Shown here piece after piece: positions 1 through 10,902 of a stretch of DNA of 64,000 bases. Each line of letters starts with the position of its first letter. Position 1 is the first letter of the stretch. A program made the position numbers and the translations under genes. The notes beneath the pieces are model-generated. The model did no database searches, was not told the DNA's origin, and saw only the letters and a list, made by a program, of their open reading frames with translations. Source of the stretch: Anaeramoeba ignava BMAN (lineage: Eukaryota > Protista > Anaeramoebae); the NCBI GenBank assembly GCA_028826165.1, contig JAPDFW010000089.1, forward strand, positions 1 through 64,000, read 5' to 3'.

Positions 1-879
1 TTCATAAGTACTTTCATCTTCTCCAAGCCCATTACATCGAGAATTTCCACATGAATAAAGTTTTCTTTTTGGATTTTGATTTTGATTTTCATTTTCAATC
101 AACATTATTGAATGATAATTTCCACATTGGATATCAATTATTTTGCCTTTTGGAATATTTTGTATTTTGGTTAATTTTTGGATATTTATTTCTTTTTTTC
201 TTGATTCTCCTAATCCAAGTTGACCATAATCATTCAAACCACATGAAAATAATTCTTGATTTGAATTTAAAAAAAAAACTTGAGTTGAATCATTTCCTGA
301 AAATATTTTAGAAATATTTTTCATCATTAAAATTGGTTTTTCTGTTTTTTTAAGTGTTTCAGAATCAAAACCAAGTTCACAATTTCCATTTGAACCAATT
401 CCATAAGCATTTTGATTTGAAGTTAATAAGTAAATTGAATCTCTTGAAGAAACAAAATCTTCAATTATTCTATCATTTGTATCTTTAATTAATAATGAAA
501 TATTGATAAATTCTTTTGGATTTTTTGAATTAATATCTTTTCCTTTGGCAAATACATTTCCTTCTTTTGTTAAAATAGCTTCATTTAGATTACCAACAGT
601 TACTTTTTGAATATTTTCTTCAATTTGGATTTTTTGAGGATTTTCATTTGAATTTTCTAAATATTCTATTGCTTTTCCATTTTTAAAAAGGAAAATTGTT
701 GAATAATTTCTTGTTGAAATTTGTTTAATTTGTTTTTCATTTTCATTTTCATTTTCATTTTCATTTTCATTTTCATTTTCATTTTCATTTTCAAATTGAA
801 TTGGTTTTGTTATTCTGTATGATTCATTTTTGATAAGTTTTGGTTTTTTATTCCGACCAAAAAATAAACAATCATTCAT
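1..879 (-). CDS. RCC1-repeat/BTB family paralogue, 5' part (truncated by window edge)
   Basis: Manual translation from ATG 879: MNDCLFFGRNKKPKLIKNESY...GSNGNCELGFDS...GLNDYGQLGLGESRKKE...LYSCGNSRCNGLG; open to position 1; collinear with 1319..3085. Confidence 0.9.
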   Translation of the reverse strand, partial: MNDCLFFGRNKKPKLIKNESYRITKPIQFENENENENENENENENENEKQIKQISTRNYSTIFLFKNGKAIEYLENSNENPQKIQIEENIQKVTVGNLNEAILTKEGNVFAKGKDINSKNPKEFINISLLIKDTNDRIIEDFVSSRDSIYLLTSNQNAYGIGSNGNCELGFDSETLKKTEKPILMMKNISKIFSGNDSTQVFFLNSNQELFSCGLNDYGQLGLGESRKKEINIQKLTKIQNIPKGKIIDIQCGNYHSIMLIENENQNQNPKRKLYSCGNSRCNGLGEDESTYE

Positions 880-934
880 TTTCTTTATTTATTTTTAATT
901 TTTATTTTTAAAAAGAAAAATGAAAAATTTTGGA

Positions 935-1320
935 ATTTTTAATTTTAATTTTAATTTTTTTAATTTTAATTTTAATTTTTTTAATTTTAATTTTAATTTT
1001 AATTTTAATTTTAATTTTTTTAATTTTTTTAATTTTAATTTTTTTTAATTTTAATTTTTTAATTTTAATTTTAATTTTAATTTTAATTTTAATTTTTTTT
1101 TAATTTTGAATTTTAATTTTAATTTTAATTTTTAATTTTAATTTTAATTTTAATTTTAATTTTAATTTTAATTTTAATTTTTTTATTTTTATTTTTAATT
1201 TTAATTTTAATTTTAATAATTTTAATTTTAATTTTAATTTTAATTTTAATTTTAATTTTAATTTTAATTTTAATTTTTAATTTTGATTTTAATTTTAATT
1301 TTGATTTTAATTTTAATTTT
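935..1320. repeat. (TTTTAA)n hexamer microsatellite between tandem RCC1-BTB genes
   Basis: Imperfect TTTTAA array seen directly. Confidence 0.9.
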
Positions 1321-3085
1321 AATTTTGATTTTGATTTTTAAATTTATTAATTAATAAATCAAATAAATTTGGATTTGTTTGATTTAATTGAAAATAATCA
1401 ATTCCTTTTTGAATTTCATTAATTATTTCTTGTGTAATTTGAATTTCTTCTTTAATTTGATTTGAATAAATCCAATATTCTAATATTTGAAATGATTTAT
1501 CACTTAATTCACTATAATCTGTAAATTTAGTAGAATCTCCTTCTGTTACAGATAAAAACTTTTCTCGATATAATTCACTTCTCATTATTAATATTAATTT
1601 AGGAAATTTGTATTGTTTTTCTTTTCTTTCAATAATAATATCTTTTACTTCTTCAAATTCAATTAATTCTTTCATTTTTTCTTCAATTGATCCAAATAAA
1701 TTCATATCAATTTCAATTTCTTCATATAATTTTGGATTTATTTTGAAATTATTTGAATAAATAATTTCAAATATTTGATTTGATTCTTTAATTGATTTAT
1801 TTGAAATAATTTCTTTAAGTTTTTCATTTTGATTTTCATCTTGTCCAATTATTGTTTCTAATATTAATTTATGAGCTGAAATTATTTCTTCATTTTCTGT
1901 TTTAAATGAAATATTGCAAAATTCTTTTCTTTTAAATAGTTTTATCAAATCTTCTTCAAGATTGGAAAAAGAAGGAGGAGAATAATAAATAAATGATTTA
2001 TAATCTCCACAAGAAATATGATAATTATAAATATCTTCATTAAATCTTAATTTAGGAAGTTCAATTTGAATTGGAATTGTTTGTTTTTTTGTATCTCCAG
2101 TTCCTAATTGACCATACCAATTTCCACCAAATGTAATTAATTTTGAATTAGAAGTTAAAATCAAAGTATGTTCATTTCCAACAGAAAAATCAAGAATATT
2201 ATCATCATTTTCAAATAAAGATGATTTGATTTCAGTAAATTCATAAGTATCTTCAGTTTTGCCAAGCCCATTAAATTCCCAATTTCCACATGAATAAAGT
2301 TTTCTTTTTGGATTTTGATTTTGATTTTCATTTTCAATCAACATTATTGAATGAGCATGTCCACATTTAATATCAATTATTTTGCCTTTTGGAATATTTT
2401 GTATTTTGGTTAATTTTTGGATATTTATTTCTTTTTTTCTTGATTCTCCTAATCCAAGTTGGCCATGATAATTAGATCCGGATCCAAATAATTCTTGATT
2501 TGAATTTAAAAGAAAAACATGTTTTGAAAAACTTCCTGAAAATATTTTAGAAACGTTTTTCATCATTAAAATTGGTTTTTCTGTTTTTTTAAGTATTTCA
2601 GAATCAAAACCAAGTTCACAATTTCGATTTGAACCAATTCCATAAGCATTTTGGTTTGAAGTTAATAAGTAAATTGCAAAAGCTGAACAAACAAAATCTT
2701 CAATTATTCTATCATTTGTATCTTCAATTAATGATGAAATATTGATAAATTCATTTGGTAATTTCAAAAATTGGTTTGTACTTATTTTGGCAAATAAATT
2801 TCCTTCTGATGTTAAAATAGCTTCGTTATTATCACCAGCAATTACTTTTTGAATATTTTCTTCAATTTGGATTTTTTGAGGTTTTTCATTTGAATTTTTT
2901 AAATATTGAATTGCTTTTCCATTTTTAAAAAGGAAAATTGTTGAATAATTTCCTGTTGAAATTTGTTTAATTTGTTTTTCATTTTCATTTTCAAATTTAA
3001 ATTGAGTTGGTTTTGTTATTTTATTTGATTCATTTTTGATAAATTTTGGATCGTTATTCCAACCAAAAAATAAACAATCATTCAT
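1319..3085 (-). CDS. RCC1-repeat beta-propeller + tandem BTB/POZ protein, 588 aa, intronless
   Basis: RCC1 motifs GSNYHGQLGLG, CGHAHS, VGNEHTLIL, FGGNWYGQLGTGD; BTB-like DLIKLFKRKEFCNISF...AHKLIL and KLILIMRSELY...IDYFQL. Confidence 0.9.
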   Translation of the reverse strand: MNDCLFFGWNNDPKFIKNESNKITKPTQFKFENENEKQIKQISTGNYSTIFLFKNGKAIQYLKNSNEKPQKIQIEENIQKVIAGDNNEAILTSEGNLFAKISTNQFLKLPNEFINISSLIEDTNDRIIEDFVCSAFAIYLLTSNQNAYGIGSNRNCELGFDSEILKKTEKPILMMKNVSKIFSGSFSKHVFLLNSNQELFGSGSNYHGQLGLGESRKKEINIQKLTKIQNIPKGKIIDIKCGHAHSIMLIENENQNQNPKRKLYSCGNWEFNGLGKTEDTYEFTEIKSSLFENDDNILDFSVGNEHTLILTSNSKLITFGGNWYGQLGTGDTKKQTIPIQIELPKLRFNEDIYNYHISCGDYKSFIYYSPPSFSNLEEDLIKLFKRKEFCNISFKTENEEIISAHKLILETIIGQDENQNEKLKEIISNKSIKESNQIFEIIYSNNFKINPKLYEEIEIDMNLFGSIEEKMKELIEFEEVKDIIIERKEKQYKFPKLILIMRSELYREKFLSVTEGDSTKFTDYSELSDKSFQILEYWIYSNQIKEEIQITQEIINEIQKGIDYFQLNQTNPNLFDLLINKFKNQNQN

Positions 3086-3191
3086 TTTATTTTTTTATTT
3101 TTAATTTTTTAATTTTTTTAAAAAGAAAAAAATGAAAAAAAAATTTTGGAATTTTTAATTTTAAATTTAATTTTTTCATTTTTTTTTTAAA

Positions 3192-6100
3192 ATGTTAAAT
3201 GCAATTTTATTCACTGTAGATTCAATAAGTCGAGGAAATCAATTAGTTTTCCGATTTCCACCACCACAAACACAAAGCACAGTTCATTCTTCATTACAAA
3301 TACCATTTTCAAATTTAGAAGCACAAACTCGACATGAATTTCTTCCATGCGAAGAAACTGTTTTTCAATATTCGCAAGATTTTCTTGCTAATTTACTTTG
3401 TCCAGATAAATCACAATTAGAAAATATTTTTGAATTATCAGTTAATAACTTATTGTTTATTGGATTTCCTTTATCACTTTCTGTCAAAAAAAAGAACCGT
3501 TTTGGATCTTTTAAAAAATTTTCTTCATTCAATTTTCAAAAGCAAAATTCACAAACAGATTCAACTTTGAATGATTATTTTCAGCAATCAAACAATTTGT
3601 TTTCAAATTCAATAATTGAAGAAGATAATCCAAAATATGTTGAAAATACTCAAGAAGAAATCACAATGTTTCATATTGTTTTTGCTGCTTGTAAATTGCA
3701 TTGTTCTCAAGAGAAATTTCCAGAAATTCATCATGATAAAAAAATAGTTACTTCAAATTCGGATTATCTTCAACAATTTATTGATTCTATTTCTCTTGTT
3801 GCAAAACAAGTTTCAAATGCTTTTCATTATCTTGAGAAGCATTCAAAATATATTTCAACTCAAGTTGAAACAATATTTGAAATTATTGATACTCATAAAA
3901 AATCAACACAACTTGAAGGTATAACTGAAATAATTTATTAATTAATTAATTTATTTATTTATATATTTCAATTAAATTTATTTAAATTAAATTGAATGAA
4001 GATTTATATAATTGAATTGAAGAAGATTTATTTATTTATTTATATATTAAAATTGAAGAAGATTTATTTATTTATTTGAATTGAATAAGATTTATTTATT
4101 TATTTAAATTGAAGAAGATTTATTTATTTAAATTGAAGAAGATTTATTGATTTATTTATTTGAATTGAATAAGATTTATTTATATATTTAAATTGAAGAA
4201 GATTTATTTATTTGAATTGAAGAAGATTTATTTATTGATTTTAAATTAAATTTGAAGAATATTTATTTATTAAAATTTAAGAAGATTTATTTATTTATTT
4301 GAATTGAAGAAGATTTATTTATTTATTTAAATTGAAGAAGATTTATTTATTTATTTAAATTGAAGAAGATTTATTTATTTATTTAAATTGAAGAAGATTT
4401 ATTTATTTATTTATTTAAATTTATTTATATATTTATTTATTTAAATTGAAGAAGATTTATTTATTTATTTAAATTGAAGAAGATTTATATATTTATTTGA
4501 ATTTAAGATTTATTTATTTATTTTTAATATAAATTTAAAAATTGAAGAGAAGATTTATTTATTTATTTAAATTGAAGAAGATTTATTTATTTATTTAAAT
4601 TGAAGAAGATTTATTTATTTATTTAAAAATTAGAGGATTTATTTATTTACAAATTGAAGAAGATTTATTTATTTAAATTGAAGAAGATTTATTTTATTTA
4701 AATCCAAATGAAGAACTTTTTAAAATTTAAGAAGATTTATTTATTTATATTTAAAACAAGATTTATTCTTTATTTAAATTGAAGAAGATTTATTTAAATT
4801 GAAGATTTATATATTTATTTATTTAAATTGAAGATTTATTTATATAATTGAATTGAAAAAGATTTATTTAAATTGAAGAAGATTTATTTATTAAAATTGA
4901 AGAAGATTTATTTATTTAAATTTAAGAAGATTTATTTATTTGAATTGAAGATTTATTTATTTATTTATTAAAATTGAAGAAGATTTAAATATTTATTTAA
5001 ATTGAATAAGATTTATTTATTGATTTTAATATTTATTTATATATTTTAATATAAATTTAAAAAGATGAAATTTCATTGATTAAAGTCATCTTGGAAAAAA
5101 GTTCATTAGCAAGAGAATTAAGACAAATATATCATGATCTTACAGGATCTTTAAGACAAACAACAGAAGTAATCATAAATAATTGGCTTCGTTTATCTTT
5201 AAGTCTTCGAAATCCAAATATGGAACTTTTTCCAGGATTTCATTTCACTGCTTTTAAAACATTATTACTTCTTGATACAAAAAGTAAACTAAGAAGAGAT
5301 TTGCCTCATGGAAGTTCTCCTTTATTACTTCGTTTAATAAATAATCTTGATCCAACTAAAAATTTTCTTGAATTGGAAATAATCACAAAAATACCAAGAA
5401 ATCAATTATTTCGATTATCGGCACATTTAGTATTTTGGAAAAAAGCAAGAATAATTTCTCCAATTACTTCTGAAAGTATTTATTCTCCAGCTCCAAATTC
5501 TAATCTCAAAATGAAACAATATGAAGATAGTTTTAGCAATTTTTTTAAACATAAAATAAGATTACCAGAAATTCTTGAAATGATAAGCACTTTTAAAGAA
5601 ATTGGAAAATATAAAATTAGAACAGATGTGAATATTATTGATATTCTCATTTGGTTATTAAGAAATAATCTAGCAATCCAAATTGAAAAAACAATTTTTT
5701 TCAAATATAACAAAGATGATAAATCTGAACTTGTAAATAATTCTTTATTCTTTATTCTTTTATTCAAATTTAATTCAAATATAATTCAAATTCAATTCAA
5801 ATTTTATTCAAATTTAATTCAAATTTAATTCAAATTTAATTCAAATTTAATTCAAATTTAATTCAAATTCAATTCAAATTTAATTCAAATTTAATTCAAA
5901 TTTAATTCAAATTTAATTCAAATTTAATTCAAGTTTAATTCAAATTTAATTCAAATTCAATTCAAATTTTATTCAAATTTAATTCAAATTTAATTCAAAT
6001 TTTATTCAAATTTAATTCAAATTTAATTCAAATTTAATTCAAATTTAATTTAGTCACATGAAGAACAAATTCAATATTATCTTTCTACTTTAAATCCTGA

Positions 6101-6296
6101 AGATGAAAAAACAAAATTGTTCCAAAAATTAGCTCCTTTTCTTAATGGACTTTTTCCATTAACAGAAATTTTAAAAATAGTTGAATTAACTTCAGAATCA
6201 ATTAATCCATTTCTTAAATATTTTGAAGATGTTATATTTGTTATATACAAACTTCCAGAATCATATCCAAAAGAACAACAAATCAATTTTAATTAA
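3192..6296 (+). CDS. NPRL3: NPRL3/Npr3, GATOR1 subunit; exons 3192-3918, 5065-5732, 6054-6296
   Basis: N-terminal SRGNQLVFRFPP; KSSLARELRQIY; FKTLLLLD; LSAHLVFWKKARIISPI; C-terminal LFQKLAPFLNGLFPLTEI; both GT-AG junctions keep frame. Confidence 0.88.
3919..5064 (+). repeat. NPRL3 intron 1 filled with ~24-28 bp minisatellite (AAATTGAAGAAGATTTATTTATTTATTT)
   Basis: Dozens of imperfect copies between GT donor 3919 and AG acceptor 5064. Confidence 0.9.
5760..6050 (+). repeat. NPRL3 intron 2, 11-bp tandem repeat (AATTCAAATTT)n
   Basis: Direct repeat within intron 5733-6053. Confidence 0.9.
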
Positions 6297-6373
6297 ATGA
6301 ACAAAATGAAAAAAACAATTTTTTGTTATTAAAATTTTTATCAAATCAAATCAAAAAAAAATATCCTTTTTAA

Positions 6374-9300
6374 TTAAATCCAATAACATCCATTAAGAAA
6401 TGTTTCAAGAGAAGGAATCAACCATTGATTTGGATTTTCTGTAATTGGATAAATTCCTTCATTAAATTCTTTTAATTTTCCAGTTTTTTCTGATTCTGTT
6501 GAATTAGTTTCAATTTTTTCTGAATAATTTTGATTTGGAGAATAAGTAATTTGAAAAGTATGATTATCAACAAAAAATTTCATTTTAGTTTGACTTTTAA
6601 AATCCAAAAAATCATTCTTCCAACCTGAAATGACTTTACTTCCATCAGGAAAGTATAAATTTCCAGAACCAAATCTCTATGAAAAAAGAATAATAGAAAG
6701 AAATATTTTCAATTTAATTTTTAATTTAATTTTTAATTTAATTTTTAATTTAATTTTGAATTTAATTTTGAATTTAATTTTGAATTTATTTTTGAATTTA
6801 TTTTTGAATTTAATTTTGAATTTAAATTTGAATTTAAATGAATTCAATATTGAATTTATTTTTTAATTTAATATTGAATTTATTTTTGAATTTAATATTG
6901 AATTTAATTTTGAATTTAATTTTGAATTTAATTTTGAATTTAATTTTGAATTTAATTTTGAATTTAATTTTGAATTTAATATTTAATTTAATATTGAATT
7001 TAATATTTAATTTAATATTCAATTTAATTTTGAATTTAATATTGAATTTAATATTTAATTTAATATTCAATTTAATTTTGAATTTAATATTTAATTTAAT
7101 ATTTAATTTAATATTTAATTTAATTTTGAATTTAATTTTGAATTTAATTTTGAATTTAAATTTTGAATTTAAATGAATTCAATTCAAACTTTTCCATTAT
7201 GTATTTCTCCATCAAAAATAAATCTTTTTATCATTGAATGTTTTGCTTTTCCATCTGGTTTTCCATTTACAAATTTTCCAATAATATGTTCAATAATTTC
7301 TTCTTCTGTTTCATTAATTTTTTCTTTTTCAAGTTTTGATATTGAAAAAGGTTTTTGTGAACGATAAATTTGACCATTTCCATTAGGTAAATTAGCTTTC
7401 CATTCACCAATATATTTAAAACATCCATTAATAAAAACTCCTGTACCTTCTCTAAGATTATTTTTCCAATCTCCATCATATATTTTAGTTTCACTATAAT
7501 GAAATGTTCCTTTTCCATTTTTTAATCCATTTTTCCATAATCCAATATATTTTGTAGTTTTTGTTTGAAGTGATCCTTTTCCATGAAACTAGAATAATAT
7601 TTTTTATATTATAATTTTAATTTTATAAATTAATTTGAATTTTATAAATTAATTTTAATTTAATAAATTAATTTTAATTTTATAAATTAATTTGAATTTT
7701 ATAAATTAATTTTAATTTTGTAAATTAATTTGAATTTTATAAATTAATTTGAATTTTATAAATTAATTTGAATTGTATAAATTAATTTGAATTTTATAAA
7801 TTAATTTGAATTTAATAAATGAATTTTGTAAATGAATTTAATAAACAAATTTTAATTTTATAAATTAATTTGAATTGTATAAATTAATTTGAATTTTATA
7901 AATTAATTTTAATTGTATAAATTAATTTGAATTTTATAAATTAATTTTAATTTTGTAAATAAATTTGAATTTAATAAATGTATTTGAATTTTATAAATTA
8001 ATTTGAATTTTATAAATGAATTTGAATTTTATAAATAAATTTTGTAAATGAATTTAATAAATAAACCTTATTTCTTGCCCAAGATCCTATATAAACATCT
8101 CCATTTTCAAATACTTGCTTTCCTTTCCCACTTTTCATATCATTTTCCCAATCACCTTCATAAATTTGATTTTCTGATTCTTTAAAAATTCCAAAACCAT
8201 GCCTTCTATTTTTAACAAATTTTCCTTCATAAGTTGAACCATTTGGATATTTAATAAAACCATCACCATGAAATTTATCCTCCACAAAATCACCTTTATA
8301 AAAGCTTCCATCAACAAGAAAAAGTTCACCTTTTTGTGACTTTTTCCCATTGGAATAAAATCCAGAAAATTTATTTCCGTTGCAATAAATAATTTCACAA
8401 TTTCCATGAGGTAAATCATCAACCCAAAATCCTTTGAAAATATCCCCAGTTGAATAACGAAGATGACCTTCACCATTTTTCTTTCCGTTTTTAAACGTTC
8501 CAGTAAATACAGATCCATTTGGATATTGTATTTTTCCATTTCCTGTTGGTAATCCATATCTCAATGTTCCTTCAAAAAATGTGTAGTCATTATATTGATA
8601 TTTAATATCTCTTTCTGGTTTTTTCCTTAGTTCATCCTTTGAATATCCACATTTTTCAACAACTGAATAAAAATCATTAGTAAAATAATTTTTTGTGTTC
8701 AATTCCAAAATTAATCTCCTTTCCGGAGTTATAAATTCAATTTGGTTTTCTGTTACGATTCTTCGCTGATTTGATTTCTTTGGATTGCCTGAGTTGGGAA
8801 GTCCTGTATGATCATAAAATCTATTGCGTTTGCGGATCCATACAAGATTGATTGAAACCAAGTACTCAAAAATGAACTTGTTTGTTTCGTTATCGAAAAA
8901 ACACCATCCAAGACTTTTCTCAAACAGAAATACTTGTATTAATCTTCCCTTCATTTCGGGAAGGAAAGGATACGAAACAACCTTGCCAACATCCTGTCGA
9001 ATTGTGGTTAATTTGGAGATCAAATCTTGAGAACTTAAATCAAATTCAACATATGAAGCTTGTTCTTTTCTCACTTTGTTTGTGAATGTTTGGAAATTCT
9101 CTTGGATTTTGCTTAAATACTTAAAATCTGGATGATTCCATGGAGTCACAATGAAAAGTCTTGATATAAATTCAGCATATTTTTCTGAGTGATGAATTGG
9201 TGAGAAAATATAAGATTCAATTTCAATTTCTTCCTTTTGAAGAATTTTTTCAAGGAAATGCTTCGAAACTGATGTTTGCATCAGTTCTTTGTAATTCTCC

Positions 9301-10681
9301 AAAATTTTGTTGACATTCTGAACATATGAAAGATAAGCTTCTGAAATTTTCGGATAAAAAGTCGTAAAAAGATCTCCAAGTATTGATTTGTAATTCCATT
9401 TATTTTTTCTTGTTTCCAATTCATTCACAATGATTTTGCTTGTACTGTAAATTTTCTCCAAATCTCGAAATAGAATTTCAAATGTTTCTTTGCGAATTCG
9501 AACCCCAATTTCTTGACGAAAAGGTTCGATTAATTTCCTTCGAAAATTGTCAATACTTTCAAAGATTTGCTTTTCAACTGCATAAAATTCTTCAACTAAT
9601 TCCCTTCTCAATTCTTTTGGTCCTTTTAATTCAATTCCTTTTTCTTTATTTTTTTTTAAATCTCGTTTTAATTCTTTGAATTCTTGCGATTTCATAAAAT
9701 TGTCAAAATATTTATTGAGTTCATCTTCAAGATGTTTTAATAAAGGATCAAAAATATCTTGATTTAATTCTGCGTTTTTATCTATACTTTCTAATGGTTG
9801 AATAATTTCTTTGGGAAATTCAATCCGAGTTTTTGGATCTGGTTTTTTGATCTAAATTTTAATTAATTTAGAAACAATCATAATAATTTAAATAATTTAA
9901 ATAATTACTATTATTTACATTTTTGATTATTTGCTTATAAATTTCTTTTTTTGTTTCTTCTTCTTGAATACTTTTGAATAAATTGATTAATTCCCACCAA
10001 ATAATTTCTTTGATTTGATAATTTTCCCACAAAAAACGCTTAAAATAAAGGATTGAAATTTGTGATTTAAAAATGGAATTAATTAGAATAAGATCTTGAG
10101 CTGGATCATCATCAAGATCTGAATCTTCATGATCTGAATTCTCCTCTTTTAAATTATTTTCTTGATTTGATTCATTTTCATTAATTGGATTTTTTTGGTT
10201 TATATCTTTTTGATTTATATCTTCTTTTTTTGGCTTTTTTTTATCTTTTAATTTTGTTTTTTTATCTTTTGGTTTTTTTTGAGCTTTTGGTTTTGGTTTT
10301 GGTTTTTCATTTGGTAAATCATCTGGTTCAATATTTAATTGAATAAATTCAAATAATGATAATTCACTTCCTTCATTTTCATCTAAAGATTCATCCAAAC
10401 TTATTTCATTAGAATTTTTTGAAGAAAGATTTGATTTTTCATTTAATTTTCCATTTGATTTTTCCATTTAATTTTCCATTTAATTTTTCATTTGATTTTT
10501 CATTTAATTTTTCATTTGATTTTCCATTTAATTTATTTTGTTTTGCTTTTTCTTTAGCTAATCTTTCTAATTCTTTCTTTTTCATTTTTTCAATTTGTTT
10601 TTTTTGTTTTTCTTCATGTTTTTTTTTCTTTTTTAATTCTTTTTTTCTTGTTTTTTCTATTAAATTTTTTGAACCAATCAT
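6374..10681 (-). CDS. RGS-like + RhoGEF (DH)-PH + MORN-repeat protein; exons 10681-9919 (apparent frameshift ~10450), 9851-8067, 7588-7190, 6676-6374
   Basis: RGS-like YFKRFLWENYQIKEIIWWELINLFK...IFDPLLKHLEDELNKYFDNFMKSQEF; DH-like RRELVEEFYAVEK...ILFRDLEKI...LGDLF...TPWNHPDF; many MORN repeats (YEGDWENDMKSGKG, YIGLWKNGLKNGKG); three in-frame GT-AG introns. Confidence 0.8.
6700..7180. repeat. Intronic 12-bp repeat (TTGAATTTAATT)n
   Basis: Within intron 6677-7189 of the MORN gene. Confidence 0.9.
7600..8060. repeat. Intronic 19-bp repeat (TTTATAAATTAATTTGAAT)n
   Basis: Within intron 7589-8066 of the MORN gene. Confidence 0.9.
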
Positions 10682-10902
10682 TATTAAATTTTTATTTTAA
10701 AACTGAAAAATTTTAAAATGAGAAAAATGAAAAAATTTAAAAAAGAAAAAAAAATAATTTTTCCACATTTTTTATTATTATTATAATATTTTTTATTATA
10801 TATATAAATTAATATAAATTTATTATTTTTTTTTTAATTTTTTTTTTCATTTTTTTTTTCATTTTTTTTCTTTTCAATTTTAATTTAATTTAATTTATAA
10901 TA

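Noticed and set aside
6630-7176. Low-complexity ORFs (LNLI, IKIK, DFDF, YFDL types; also near 14459, 21586-23365, 30009, 38186, 43381, 46020, 50680, 62760)
   Set aside because: Translations of microsatellites in introns or intergenic DNA, or antisense/alternate frames of NQ tracts
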